Source: an uncultured cyanobacterium (GTDB lineage: Bacteria > Cyanobacteriota > Cyanobacteriia > Pseudanabaenales > Pseudanabaenaceae). From it: DNA of 64,000 bases. Below are positions 9,959 to 19,120 of this stretch, piece after piece. Each line of letters starts with the position of its first letter. Position 1 is the first letter of the stretch. Below the pieces are notes generated by a model. It was not told the DNA's origin, did no database searches, and worked only from the letters and a program-made list of their open reading frames with translations. The DNA lies in assembly GCA_963703315.1 (NCBI GenBank), contig OY969811.1, positions 2,272,001 to 2,336,000 on the forward strand, in the 5' to 3' direction. The translations under genes and the position numbers were made by a program.

Positions 9959-11041
9959 TTGTCAAAATTGGGACATACTAACGACAGGTCACCTAAAACT
10001 GCATCTACAGTAAACACCACAACCCTTAATCTGCAAACAAGACCATTTGCCCCCTTAGAAGTACAGGAAGAAACTTCTCAAAAGCAAGATTCTACAACAA
10101 GTGGTAAGCCTAGAGTTTCTGAAAATCTGTTAGAAAAACTAATTAGTACGCCAATATCTGAATCTAGTCAGCCAATTCAAAGACAGATGTCAGGTGGGAA
10201 TCGTTTGAAAGCGAGCAGAGACGTGAAAGGGGGATTTCAAAATCAATCAATTCAACGGCAAGAAGCTTTAGAAGAAGAACAGGTAGAAAAAGAACAGGCA
10301 ACATCATCTGAAGAATTCTCCATGAACCCTGAACCACCACCGATCCAAAGGCAAGGTTTTGGTGGAAATCGCTTGAGAATGAAGTCACTGATTCAGAGAG
10401 ATGGTGATGAAACGACCAATAAACCTGCCGAAGAACCTGCAAAAAAGGAGGAACTACATCAAGATGTAGGCAAGAAATTTCTTTTTAAACTCTACGAAGA
10501 GGCAGCCGTCGCTAAAGTAGAGTTCGATCCGATCGTCTCTAGTATTGCTTCTATGACAAATGGCACTGCAAAAATACCCAAATTAAAAGACCAAAATACA
10601 GCAGTGGGAAAGAGTGAAGGCGAATATGGTGGAGATCATTCTCGACTTGTTGATATTTGTCGAGCTTCAATCATTTACAATAGCTATAAAGATTTGATGG
10701 AAGGGCTAGGTAAATCCAAGGAAATGATAACTCTTGTGCGGGAAAAAAATCGATTTGCCGAGCCAACTCTTGCAGGATATCGAGACATTTTATTGAATGT
10801 CAGACTCTCTAACGGTCATATTGCCGAACTTCAATTGCATTTACAGCAAATAATGGATGTCAAAAATGGAGTTGGGCATAAGCTCTACGAGGAGGTTCGC
10901 TCAATTGAACGTGCGGCAAAAGAGGCAGCAAGAGCCTTAACTCCAGAGGAAGCAGCTAAGGTCGATCAACTTCTCGAAGAGTCAAGAATTCATTATGATG
11001 CTGCTTTTGAAAAGTCGCAGAGTCCTGATAAAGCTACTTAA
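9959..11041 (+). CDS. RelA/SpoT-like nucleotidyltransferase-domain protein with disordered IQR-repeat N-terminus (putative secreted effector/toxin)
   Basis: C-terminal motifs KLKD, RLVDICRASII, KNRF..GYRDILLNV, IAELQLH, GHKLYE; N-terminal LQTRPFAP and four IQR motifs; start codon (TTG) uncertain. Confidence 0.75.
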   Translation: MSKLGHTNDRSPKTASTVNTTTLNLQTRPFAPLEVQEETSQKQDSTTSGKPRVSENLLEKLISTPISESSQPIQRQMSGGNRLKASRDVKGGFQNQSIQRQEALEEEQVEKEQATSSEEFSMNPEPPPIQRQGFGGNRLRMKSLIQRDGDETTNKPAEEPAKKEELHQDVGKKFLFKLYEEAAVAKVEFDPIVSSIASMTNGTAKIPKLKDQNTAVGKSEGEYGGDHSRLVDICRASIIYNSYKDLMEGLGKSKEMITLVREKNRFAEPTLAGYRDILLNVRLSNGHIAELQLHLQQIMDVKNGVGHKLYEEVRSIERAAKEAARALTPEEAAKVDQLLEESRIHYDAAFEKSQSPDKAT

Positions 11042-11093
11042 ACTAAGCGTATAGCAATCTTTTATAAAATCAAAATAGCATAGAGAAAACAAA

Positions 11094-11324
11094 ATGGATT
11101 TGCCTAAGTATTTTATTGTTGGAAGAAGACCCGTTAAATTAATCAAGCCCGAAGCAGGCGGAATGGATGTACTAGCATATAACTGGGAAACAGGAGAATT
11201 TCAAAGAGAAATGGGTTATTTGACGACTGTTCTCATGGGAGAAGGCGATGTAGATCAGGTTTCCGAACAGGAATTCTGTCAGCTTGTGATCGAACTGCAA
11301 ACGGAATTGCAAAACAAAGAATGA
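11094..11324 (+). CDS. Small acidic protein, putative immunity/antitoxin
   Basis: 76-aa ATG ORF 52 bp downstream of the RelA/SpoT-like gene on the same strand; function inferred from context. Confidence 0.65.
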   Translation: MDLPKYFIVGRRPVKLIKPEAGGMDVLAYNWETGEFQREMGYLTTVLMGEGDVDQVSEQEFCQLVIELQTELQNKE

Positions 11325-11334
11325 CAAGCCTTCA

Positions 11335-12186
11335 TTAGCCTTTTACGCCGATACTTGCATCTGTAGGGATGATATAACGTTGGAGAAATATAAACACGAT
11401 AAATACTGGGAGCATCGAAATTGCTGAACCTGCGGCAATTAAGCGCCAATCCTCAGAAAAAGCACTGGCAAGACTGGCAATTCCCCTCGGCAAAGTATAA
11501 AGCTCGGCTTTATCCACGATCGCTAAAGGCCAGAGAAAATCGCCCCACATGGCAACAAAGGTAAAGACAGCCAAAGTGGTCAAGGCAGGACGTGCCGCAG
11601 GTAACATGACGTGCCACCAAATTCCCAAACTAGAGCAACCATCCATACGGGCGGCTTCTTCCATTTCTTTAGGAACACTTTGGAAAGCTTGGCGTAATAG
11701 AAATATGCCAAAAGCAGAGATAACATAAGGGAAAATCAAGCCAGCATAGGTATTTTTGAGTTGTAGCTGCACTGCCAAGATATACAGAGGAATCATCGTG
11801 ATTTGGAAAGGAATCATCGTCGTACCCACGATCGCCCAAAAGATGGCATCTCGTCCTTTAAAATCTAGTCTGGCTAGGGGAAATGCCGCAAGGGAGCAGA
11901 ACAGTAAGTTTAAAATTACGGTGATGCTAGAAACAAAAAAGCTATTCCAGAGATAAAGATCAAAACGAGAATTTTTCCAAACCTTAATGAAATTCTCAAA
12001 AGTTGGTTGGGCGGGTAATAGCTGAGGTACAGCTTGAAAAATATTTTCGGTGGGTGACTTGAAAGCAGTACTCACCAGCCACAGGAGTGGAAATACGGTT
12101 AAAGTAGCGATCGCTATTAAAACTATAAATTGCAAAGTATTTTGCAATTTATGCGGTGACGATATTTTTCGACCTTTTTTCTGCAT
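11335..12186 (-). CDS. Carbohydrate ABC transporter permease (MalG/LacG-like)
   Basis: EAA loop EMEEAARMDGCS, WGDFLWP, six TM segments; ATG at 12186 preferred. Confidence 0.9.
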   Translation of the reverse strand: MQKKGRKISSPHKLQNTLQFIVLIAIATLTVFPLLWLVSTAFKSPTENIFQAVPQLLPAQPTFENFIKVWKNSRFDLYLWNSFFVSSITVILNLLFCSLAAFPLARLDFKGRDAIFWAIVGTTMIPFQITMIPLYILAVQLQLKNTYAGLIFPYVISAFGIFLLRQAFQSVPKEMEEAARMDGCSSLGIWWHVMLPAARPALTTLAVFTFVAMWGDFLWPLAIVDKAELYTLPRGIASLASAFSEDWRLIAAGSAISMLPVFIVFIFLQRYIIPTDASIGVKG

Positions 12187-12211
12187 GATATAGCAATGAT
12201 GACAATTTTTT

Positions 12212-13558
12212 ATGAATTTAGATACCATCCTACGCAGTCGCTATCACATTCAGCAATGCCTAAGCAGTAATCAAATTGGGGCGATCGCTTTATCAATATA
12301 TCTCGCAGAAAATTTAGAGATCCCAATTACACCTAAGCCGCTATGTGTGATTTACTCTTGGCAAGTTACAGAATCAGAACCTAATGAACATAAATTTGAC
12401 CATCACGAGATCGCCACTAGATTATATGAAATTGGTCAAAATTACACCTTAGCGCCAAAAGTACAGGCTTTCTTTGATGAAGAAGGCTATTACTGTTTAG
12501 TACGTGAATATTTAGAAGGCTACGCCTATTTAGAAGAATTTAATCAAGAATTTAGCCAGAAACTTTCAGCAAATATCAATGATTCAGATCTAGCTAATAA
12601 TGAGCCAAAAAATTCTCATATTTCCACATTAAAAGCTTTGCCTATGCTCCAATCTCTAACAAAATCCATCGCAAGTATCCCTCAGCTTAATCGTCGGCAA
12701 TTGTTAACTAACACTGGGGCAGCGATCGCAGGGTTTGCTTTTGCCATATTTTTAGAAAAACTCAAACCTCAGCCCCAGCCAATTGTCATCGTGGAAACGG
12801 CTAAGGTTCCTGAACCTCCTAGCGATCCGATTAAAAGAAGGGACAAAGCCTTTCGAGATGATTTCGGCAATAGTATTTATTTAGAAATGGTGCGAATTCC
12901 ATCGGGAAAATTTACAATGGGTTCACCAACTACAGAAGTAGGCAGACGCGACAATGAATCACCATTAGTGGAAGTAAATGTCAATGCTTTCTATATGGCA
13001 AAATTCGCCATCACACAGGAACAATGGTTCACGATTATGGGTAGCAATCCATCAGGATTTCGGGAAAGTCTGCAAGCCCCTATCGAAAATATCTCTTGGT
13101 TAGACGCACAGGATTTTTGTCGAAAATTAGCAGCGCGATCGCCCTATCTTTACAGTTATCGCTTACCCAGTGAAGCAGAATGGGAATATGCCTGTCGGGC
13201 TGGTACAAATACTGCTTACCATTTTGGTGATAGTCCTGCTCAATTATCAGATTATGCTTGGTTTGCTGATAACTCCAATAAGCGATCGCAACCTGTCGGA
13301 CAGAAAGTTCCGAATCCTTGGGGGCTTTACGAAATGCAGGGTGGTATTTGGGAATGGTGCGAAGATGCTTGGCATGACAATTTCAAGGGCGCACCTGCGG
13401 ACGGTTCAGCATGGCTAGATGAGAACTCAGGGCGCAGGGTACGCAAGGGTGGCTCATGGAGTAATGAAGCCCGATTATGTCGAGCAGCCAGTCGCGAGTG
13501 GCATTGGCAAGGCGATCGCTACAACGACATTGGCTTTCGCGTGGTTATTTCTGCTTAA
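12212..13558 (+). CDS. Truncated pseudokinase N-lobe + TM + FGE-sulfatase (SUMF1/CLec-fold) protein
   Basis: N-terminus RYHIQQCL..IYLAEN..YCLVREYLEG; NRRQLL plus TM segment; FTMGS, RLPSEAEWEYACRAG, PNPWGLYEM.G.IWEWC, GGSW, IGFRVV. Confidence 0.85.
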   Translation: MNLDTILRSRYHIQQCLSSNQIGAIALSIYLAENLEIPITPKPLCVIYSWQVTESEPNEHKFDHHEIATRLYEIGQNYTLAPKVQAFFDEEGYYCLVREYLEGYAYLEEFNQEFSQKLSANINDSDLANNEPKNSHISTLKALPMLQSLTKSIASIPQLNRRQLLTNTGAAIAGFAFAIFLEKLKPQPQPIVIVETAKVPEPPSDPIKRRDKAFRDDFGNSIYLEMVRIPSGKFTMGSPTTEVGRRDNESPLVEVNVNAFYMAKFAITQEQWFTIMGSNPSGFRESLQAPIENISWLDAQDFCRKLAARSPYLYSYRLPSEAEWEYACRAGTNTAYHFGDSPAQLSDYAWFADNSNKRSQPVGQKVPNPWGLYEMQGGIWEWCEDAWHDNFKGAPADGSAWLDENSGRRVRKGGSWSNEARLCRAASREWHWQGDRYNDIGFRVVISA

Positions 13559-13686
13559 GCGGACAATCCAGAGAAATTTTGGAAAGCGCCGCTTCGCGGC
13601 GCTTTCCAAAATTTCTCTGGTTTTTTATTCAGCGCAAAGCGTTGTAATGTGACGTAATATTAAGTCTGGAGCCACTCAACCGCAAT

Positions 13687-14463
13687 ATGAACGCTAGTCA
13701 ATCTACTGAACCCGATCGCCAAATTTCGCAAAACCTAATCCTTGAAGCCCGTAACATCGTGGCAGGATATGTGGAAGGGGTAGATATTCTGCAAGGTGCA
13801 AATTTATCGGTCTATGAAGGCGAACTCGTGACTGTGATTGGTTCCAATGGGGCAGGAAAATCCACCTTTGCCAAAGCCATATTTGGTTTAGTACCAGTGC
13901 GATCGGGGGAAATATTATTTGGCGATCGCAACTTGATTGGACTAAAACCAGAACAAATCGTCCGATTAGGCATTAGCTATGTTCCCCAAATCGCCAATGT
14001 GTTTCCATCGTTGAGTATTTCTGACAATCTCGATATGGGGGCTTACACTAGTGATGGCAACATCAAAGAACTTAAGGAAAAAATCTATACAACTTTCCCC
14101 GTTTTAGCGAAGCGTCGTCAGCAGAGGGCAGGGACGCTATCGGGAGGAGAGAGACAAATGCTGGCAATGGGACGAGCCATGATGCTCGAACCTAAATTAC
14201 TAATTCTGGATGAGCCTTCAGCCGCCCTATCACCGATTTTGGTACAGGATATTTTTAATTTGATTCAACAAATCAATCAATCAGGAACATCTGTTATTTT
14301 GGTGGAGCAGAATGCCCGTAAAGCTCTGGCGATCGCCGATCGTGGTTATGTGATGCATTTAGGTAAAGATGAATTTACGGGCAAGGGTACAGATTTACTC
14401 ACTGATCCTGAAGTTGCCGAGCTATATCTAGGTGTGGGTAATTTTGGTAAACCTGCTCCATAA
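13687..14463 (+). CDS. Branched-chain/neutral amino acid ABC transporter ATP-binding subunit (LivF/NatE-like)
   Basis: GSNGAGKST, LSGGERQMLAMGR, LDEPS, LVEQNA. Confidence 0.9.
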   Translation: MNASQSTEPDRQISQNLILEARNIVAGYVEGVDILQGANLSVYEGELVTVIGSNGAGKSTFAKAIFGLVPVRSGEILFGDRNLIGLKPEQIVRLGISYVPQIANVFPSLSISDNLDMGAYTSDGNIKELKEKIYTTFPVLAKRRQQRAGTLSGGERQMLAMGRAMMLEPKLLILDEPSAALSPILVQDIFNLIQQINQSGTSVILVEQNARKALAIADRGYVMHLGKDEFTGKGTDLLTDPEVAELYLGVGNFGKPAP

Positions 14464-14536
14464 ATCGATAGACTGTTGATACTGAGTGACATTGATTCAC
14501 GCCAAGATTAAGATCAAATTAAGGCTAGAAAACTAT

Positions 14537-16054
14537 ATGGCGGTAACCGAGATCAAACTTTCGCTAGATGAGTTAACCAAAGCTCAAGCGGGTTTACTTC
14601 AGTTAGGTTTGTATGATGGTGAAGTGGATGGTATCTATGGCAGACTAACGGAAAAGGCGTTTGTCCAATTTGCCAATGCCCTCAGCATTGATACAATTTT
14701 GGATGCTAATTCTCAAGCAATTACCAATAACCTTTTGCAAATCCCTGCTGTGGTTCGGCATATCTTAGCAATTGTGGGAGATGGCGATCGCCTTTTTCAG
14801 AAATTTACAAATACTCAGCGTGTTTCCGTCAATATGGGGCAAGCCGATTCCAACCACCTTTGCTTTCTTGATCGCGGAGTCAATGGTTGCGAAGCGGGAT
14901 CAATGAGTGATTTACCAAGTCGTAACTTTGCCCCATCGCCATTGTTAAGCAGTATTCCTGCTTACCCTGATCGCCTTGCGAGTTTACCTGATGGCGTAAA
15001 TGTCGTTTCCTACGGTGAGGTTGCCATGTTAGCAGGAACTCAAGTAAGGGTGCGATTTCGTCCTTATCCTGCCCTCGGACAAATCCCCAATATTGAAAAC
15101 ATCGGTTTAGAGTTTCTGCATAGCAGCATTCAAGAAGCTTGCATTTGCATAGGTACTACAGTCAATGGACAGATGTTAGCCCGTTGGATTGGGCGTAATC
15201 CTTTACGCAATGTTCAGTTTTGGAGTTCTACAAAAATATTGCCCTTGCTATACACCATTTGCAAAGCCAATCAAGTCAACCCCAATCAGGCGATCGCGAA
15301 TTTAGTCATTGCTGACGCTCAGGGCAAAAAATCACCGCGCACATTTTGGGAATTAGCACAGCGTATCTGTAGATATGATGAAGGTGATGGGATGACCTCA
15401 AATGGCTTATCGGCAATGTTTAAGCAATTTGCTACTCCCTTAGAACTACAAGATTGGCTCAAAAAAATCACAGGTAATCAAAAGCTATCTTTTCAGGGAC
15501 GCTATGGCGAAAGTCCTTATATCGAACAGCCAATTTTACGAGATGCCGCAGGTAAAAATATTCTTAATCCATCAAAAGAATTGCATCGTGGTGACAATCT
15601 GATTTCTGCATACGACTTGACGCGGATTGTTTCGCAAATAGCATGGCATCGACATATTCCTCCCACTAATCGCTTACCCAATGCCCAATGGCATAGTTTA
15701 AGTACCTTGATTAATGTCATGGGACAAGATACTGCTAGATATGTAGATACAGCGATCGCCGCTTTGGGATTACCATATTTTATGGATGCTCCTGTGGTGC
15801 TATCCAAAATGGGCTTTGGCTATAGCGATCAACGGAAACAATCTGAGCTTACCTATACAGCTTGTATTCAATTTGTTGATCGCCTTGCTCAAACCCATGA
15901 TCTACCCTTACCAAAGCTCCGCTCCGTAAGTATGACCCTAAGAGCAGCAATCAACTTACGAGATCCTGTTCAAGAATCCTTAGAAATTGATTCAAGAATG
16001 GCTGCCACAGTTGCTGAAATTTTGCGTAGGATTGTTACGGAAGAACTAATCTAG
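14537..16054 (+). CDS. Peptidoglycan-binding domain protein with putative serine beta-lactamase/PBP-like C-terminal domain
   Basis: LGLYDGEVDGIYGRLTEKAFVQF (PG_binding_1-like); WSSTK, TSN and SKMG motifs; ATG at 14537 preferred. Confidence 0.7.
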   Translation: MAVTEIKLSLDELTKAQAGLLQLGLYDGEVDGIYGRLTEKAFVQFANALSIDTILDANSQAITNNLLQIPAVVRHILAIVGDGDRLFQKFTNTQRVSVNMGQADSNHLCFLDRGVNGCEAGSMSDLPSRNFAPSPLLSSIPAYPDRLASLPDGVNVVSYGEVAMLAGTQVRVRFRPYPALGQIPNIENIGLEFLHSSIQEACICIGTTVNGQMLARWIGRNPLRNVQFWSSTKILPLLYTICKANQVNPNQAIANLVIADAQGKKSPRTFWELAQRICRYDEGDGMTSNGLSAMFKQFATPLELQDWLKKITGNQKLSFQGRYGESPYIEQPILRDAAGKNILNPSKELHRGDNLISAYDLTRIVSQIAWHRHIPPTNRLPNAQWHSLSTLINVMGQDTARYVDTAIAALGLPYFMDAPVVLSKMGFGYSDQRKQSELTYTACIQFVDRLAQTHDLPLPKLRSVSMTLRAAINLRDPVQESLEIDSRMAATVAEILRRIVTEELI

Positions 16055-16164
16055 ATATAGCGGTAGCCAGTTATGTTAGGACAAATCCCAAACCCATTGA
16101 TAGAGTGGCGGCGCGAAGCGCCGCCACTCTATCAATGGGTTTGGCTAAGGCTAGATTGGAATAC

Positions 16165-17001
16165 ATGATGCACAAAACGATGCCCAAAACTATGTCCAAG
16201 CAAAGTACTTTATCGGCTGTAGGTCTGTGGTGGCGCTGGGTACTAACAACCCTAGCGGGTGTAGTCATTGGTAATGTATTTGGGATTGCTGCTTGCCTCG
16301 CAGGAGTCTATTACCTCAGCGATCGCCTTGTGGCTTTAAATATCTGTAGTATCGGCTTTGGAAACCTCAATTGTCCTGTGGCAACTGGCATTATCAGTGG
16401 TGCGATATTCGTAGGTACATTTGTTGGCTTGATGCAATATTTAGTCTTGCGGAGATTTTTCAAGGCTCCTGCATGGTGGATTTTAGTCAGTTCCTTTGGT
16501 TGGACTTGGATTGGTTTTGCCGCCACCAGTTTAGCTTACACTTCTCAATTTGGGTTTGTGATTAATGCCGATGGCTCTTTTGCAGAGAGCAATATCATGG
16601 CGCGGATTCCTTTATTGATCATTAATTCGTTATGGCTAGTTTTCGCAGGAATCTGTTTAGGGGTGTTGCAATGGCTAGTCCTCTGGAGTGGTACGCGCCC
16701 CAAAATCCCTAAGCGGCGATCGCTTTGGTGGATTATAGTTAATGCTGTTTTGATCACGTTTGTGGCGATCGCCATTATGTCTATTTTTCGAGGCTGGGGA
16801 AGCTTACTGGGGATTTTCTGGTTTTTCTTGGGTTTCACTCCCTTTTATGCCACGATTACTGCTGCGACCCTTGTCAAAATACGCTTACACAAATTTGCCA
16901 ACCAATCGGCTCCAGAAGGAGGGATGATGCTGCCCTTAAGTGATGAAGTAATTAATGACTTAAACAACAAAACTTCTACACCGTCGCAACTAGAGAATTA
17001 A
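16165..17001 (+). CDS. Polytopic membrane hypothetical protein
   Basis: About seven hydrophobic segments with repeated G.MQ(Y/W)LVL..WW motif; the annotated earlier start lies inside a palindromic repeat. Confidence 0.75.
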   Translation: MMHKTMPKTMSKQSTLSAVGLWWRWVLTTLAGVVIGNVFGIAACLAGVYYLSDRLVALNICSIGFGNLNCPVATGIISGAIFVGTFVGLMQYLVLRRFFKAPAWWILVSSFGWTWIGFAATSLAYTSQFGFVINADGSFAESNIMARIPLLIINSLWLVFAGICLGVLQWLVLWSGTRPKIPKRRSLWWIIVNAVLITFVAIAIMSIFRGWGSLLGIFWFFLGFTPFYATITAATLVKIRLHKFANQSAPEGGMMLPLSDEVINDLNNKTSTPSQLEN

Positions 17002-17906
17002 TGTCGAATTTACCTATTGAAGTTACTCCTTTGCGATCGCAGTTAACAGAAGCAACCTCGATCGCCCTTGTTGATAATATCCAATTTTGTCTAGTGTCCA
17101 CGTCCTTCACCAGTGAAGTGATTTTGACCAGCTATGTCTGTGACGGCACGAGTCCAAGTCACGACGATGCTCCAATTTTGCTATTGCATGGCTTTGATAG
17201 TTCTCTATTAGAGTTTCGCCGACTGCTACCAAAATTAGCGACTTCCCGACAAACTTTTGCCATGGATTTGTTTGGCTTTGGTCTAACGGAAAGACTGAAA
17301 GATAGTCAAGTTAGTCCTGATGCGATCAAAGATCATCTGTATTATTTCTGGAAAACCGCGATCGCTAAGCCTATTATTCTAGTCGGTGCATCGATGGGTG
17401 GTGCAGCTGCGATCGACTTTGCTCTCACCTATCCCGATGTTGTGCAGAAATTAATTCTGATCGGGAGTGCAGGATTGCGAAAAGGAACGGTTGCGGGTAA
17501 GTTTCTCGTATCACCGTTAGATCGCATGGCGACAAATTTTTTACGCAGTCCCAAAGTCCGCCGCGAAGTCAGTCTCAAAGCCTATGCCGATTCGAGTTTT
17601 GTCACAACTGATGCCGAGGTTTGTGCATCGCTACATTTGGCGATGCCGCAATGGAGTGAATCTTTAATTTCCTTTACCAAAAGTGGTGGTTACGGTTCCT
17701 TTGCAAATCAGTTGCCATATTTACAACAAGAAACGTTAATTCTGTGGGGCGATCGCGATCGCATTTTAGGAACACAAGATGCCCCTAAGTTTCAAGCAAT
17801 AATTCCCAATAGCAAACTGGTTTGGATTGAAAATAGCGGTCATGTTCCGCATCTTGAGCGTTCTACAACTACCGCCCAAGAGATTTTCAAATTTATAAAT
17901 GGTTAA
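17001..17906 (+). CDS. Alpha/beta hydrolase
   Basis: LLHGFDSS, GASMGG nucleophile elbow, WGDRD, GHVPHLE; start overlaps the upstream stop (TAATG). Confidence 0.9.
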   Translation: MSNLPIEVTPLRSQLTEATSIALVDNIQFCLVSTSFTSEVILTSYVCDGTSPSHDDAPILLLHGFDSSLLEFRRLLPKLATSRQTFAMDLFGFGLTERLKDSQVSPDAIKDHLYYFWKTAIAKPIILVGASMGGAAAIDFALTYPDVVQKLILIGSAGLRKGTVAGKFLVSPLDRMATNFLRSPKVRREVSLKAYADSSFVTTDAEVCASLHLAMPQWSESLISFTKSGGYGSFANQLPYLQQETLILWGDRDRILGTQDAPKFQAIIPNSKLVWIENSGHVPHLERSTTTAQEIFKFING

Positions 17907-17940
17907 TAGACAAGGAGCTTAAGCCTTTTATCTATCAACT

Positions 17941-18090
17941 TAGGACTTACGCAAAACGTAAATTGCCCTCATCCCCCAACCCCTTCTCCCAGAACGGGAG
18001 AAGGGGAGTAAAGCAATTTTCTGGTTCCCCTCGCCCTTAATGGGAGAGGGGCTAGGGGTGAGGGTTTTAGAAAATTATGCGTAAGTCCTA
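17941..18090. mobile_element. 150-bp MITE
   Basis: 13-bp terminal inverted repeats TAGGACTTACGCA / TGCGTAAGTCCTA, flanking 5-bp direct repeat CAACT (17936-17940, 18091-18095), internal CCCCTC(T/G)CCC..GGGAGAGGGG-type hairpins. Confidence 0.85.
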
Positions 18091-18114
18091 CAACTAATAA
18101 TTGAGGTCATAGCC

Positions 18115-18762
18115 ATGAAAATAATTGCGATCGCCCTTGCAGGTGGCAAAAGTTCGCGAATGGGGCGTGATAAAGCTTTATTAGAAATTAATGGCGCATC
18201 CCTATTATTAAAAACCTGTCGGAATGCCTTACAGGTCGCTGACTCGGTGTATGTAGTCGCCCGTAGCCAAGAGCAATATCAATCAGCGATCGCCCAAAAT
18301 CTTGATCCAACTCAGATCTCGCTAGTATTAGATCAGCAGTTTGATGGTGCATTAGTAGGCTTTTGGCAGGGAATTGAGGCGATCGCTAATACATCTCATA
18401 ATTTGCCTGATTGGATACTATTGCTTGCTTGCGATTTGCCAAATATTCAAGGTGATATTCTCCAACTTTGGGCGAGTCAATTAGCGAATTTATCTGAAAA
18501 TATTCCTGAAAGGGCGATCGCCTATTTACCCAGATATTTAGATCATAATTCTCAAAAACAATGGGAACCTCTTTGTGGCTTCTATCGCTGGCAATGTCGA
18601 GATTCGCTAGCGGAGTTTATGGTCAAGGGTGGGCGATCGTTCCAAAAATGGTTAGGCAATCACGAAGTTGTCGAGATCGCAAATGTCCCTATCTCAGTGC
18701 TATTTAATTGCAATACTCCAGAGGATTTTCGCTCCACATATAAAACCCATCTGGGATCTTAG
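18115..18762 (+). CDS. mobA: Molybdenum cofactor guanylyltransferase
   Basis: LAGGKSSRMGRDKALL, LLACDLP, EPLCGFY, FNCNTPED. Confidence 0.92.
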   Translation: MKIIAIALAGGKSSRMGRDKALLEINGASLLLKTCRNALQVADSVYVVARSQEQYQSAIAQNLDPTQISLVLDQQFDGALVGFWQGIEAIANTSHNLPDWILLLACDLPNIQGDILQLWASQLANLSENIPERAIAYLPRYLDHNSQKQWEPLCGFYRWQCRDSLAEFMVKGGRSFQKWLGNHEVVEIANVPISVLFNCNTPEDFRSTYKTHLGS

Positions 18763-18779
18763 GAAGCCTTTATAGCGTG

Positions 18780-18897
18780 GTATAGCAAACAAAGAGTTAG
18801 CTAGTACAAACCAAAACCCCAGAAGATGAGTGGCGGCGCGAAGCGCCGCCACTCATCTTCTGGTTTTATGTCCTAAGCAAAACTTGCTTTGCTATAC
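18780..18897. repeat. TATAGC-bounded MITE-like repeat with central GCGAAGC palindrome
   Basis: GTATAGCAAA / TTTGCTATAC ends; internal CCAGAAGATGAGTGGCGGCGC-gaa-GCGCCGCCACTCATCTTCTGG. Confidence 0.75.
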
Positions 18898-19120
18898 AAA
18901 TTCCAAGCTATTTTTTTTGCGATCGCATTAGACATATAAAAACTAAGGCTGAGATGGTTTTGATATATCTGCAAGGCTTTTAAGCTATAATGGCAGAGTG
19001 TTTTTGAGTCTTTACTCACAACACATCCTAAAACACTATAACAAGAGCGCTAAAAAGTTTTTCGTAACTTTATCTATAGCTATCTTGCAAGCGACATAAC
19101 TTCTGGAGTTGTTTACCTTC

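Noticed and set aside
13430..13690. Complete DGR locus
   Set aside because: No reverse transcriptase or adenine-variant template repeat found in the window
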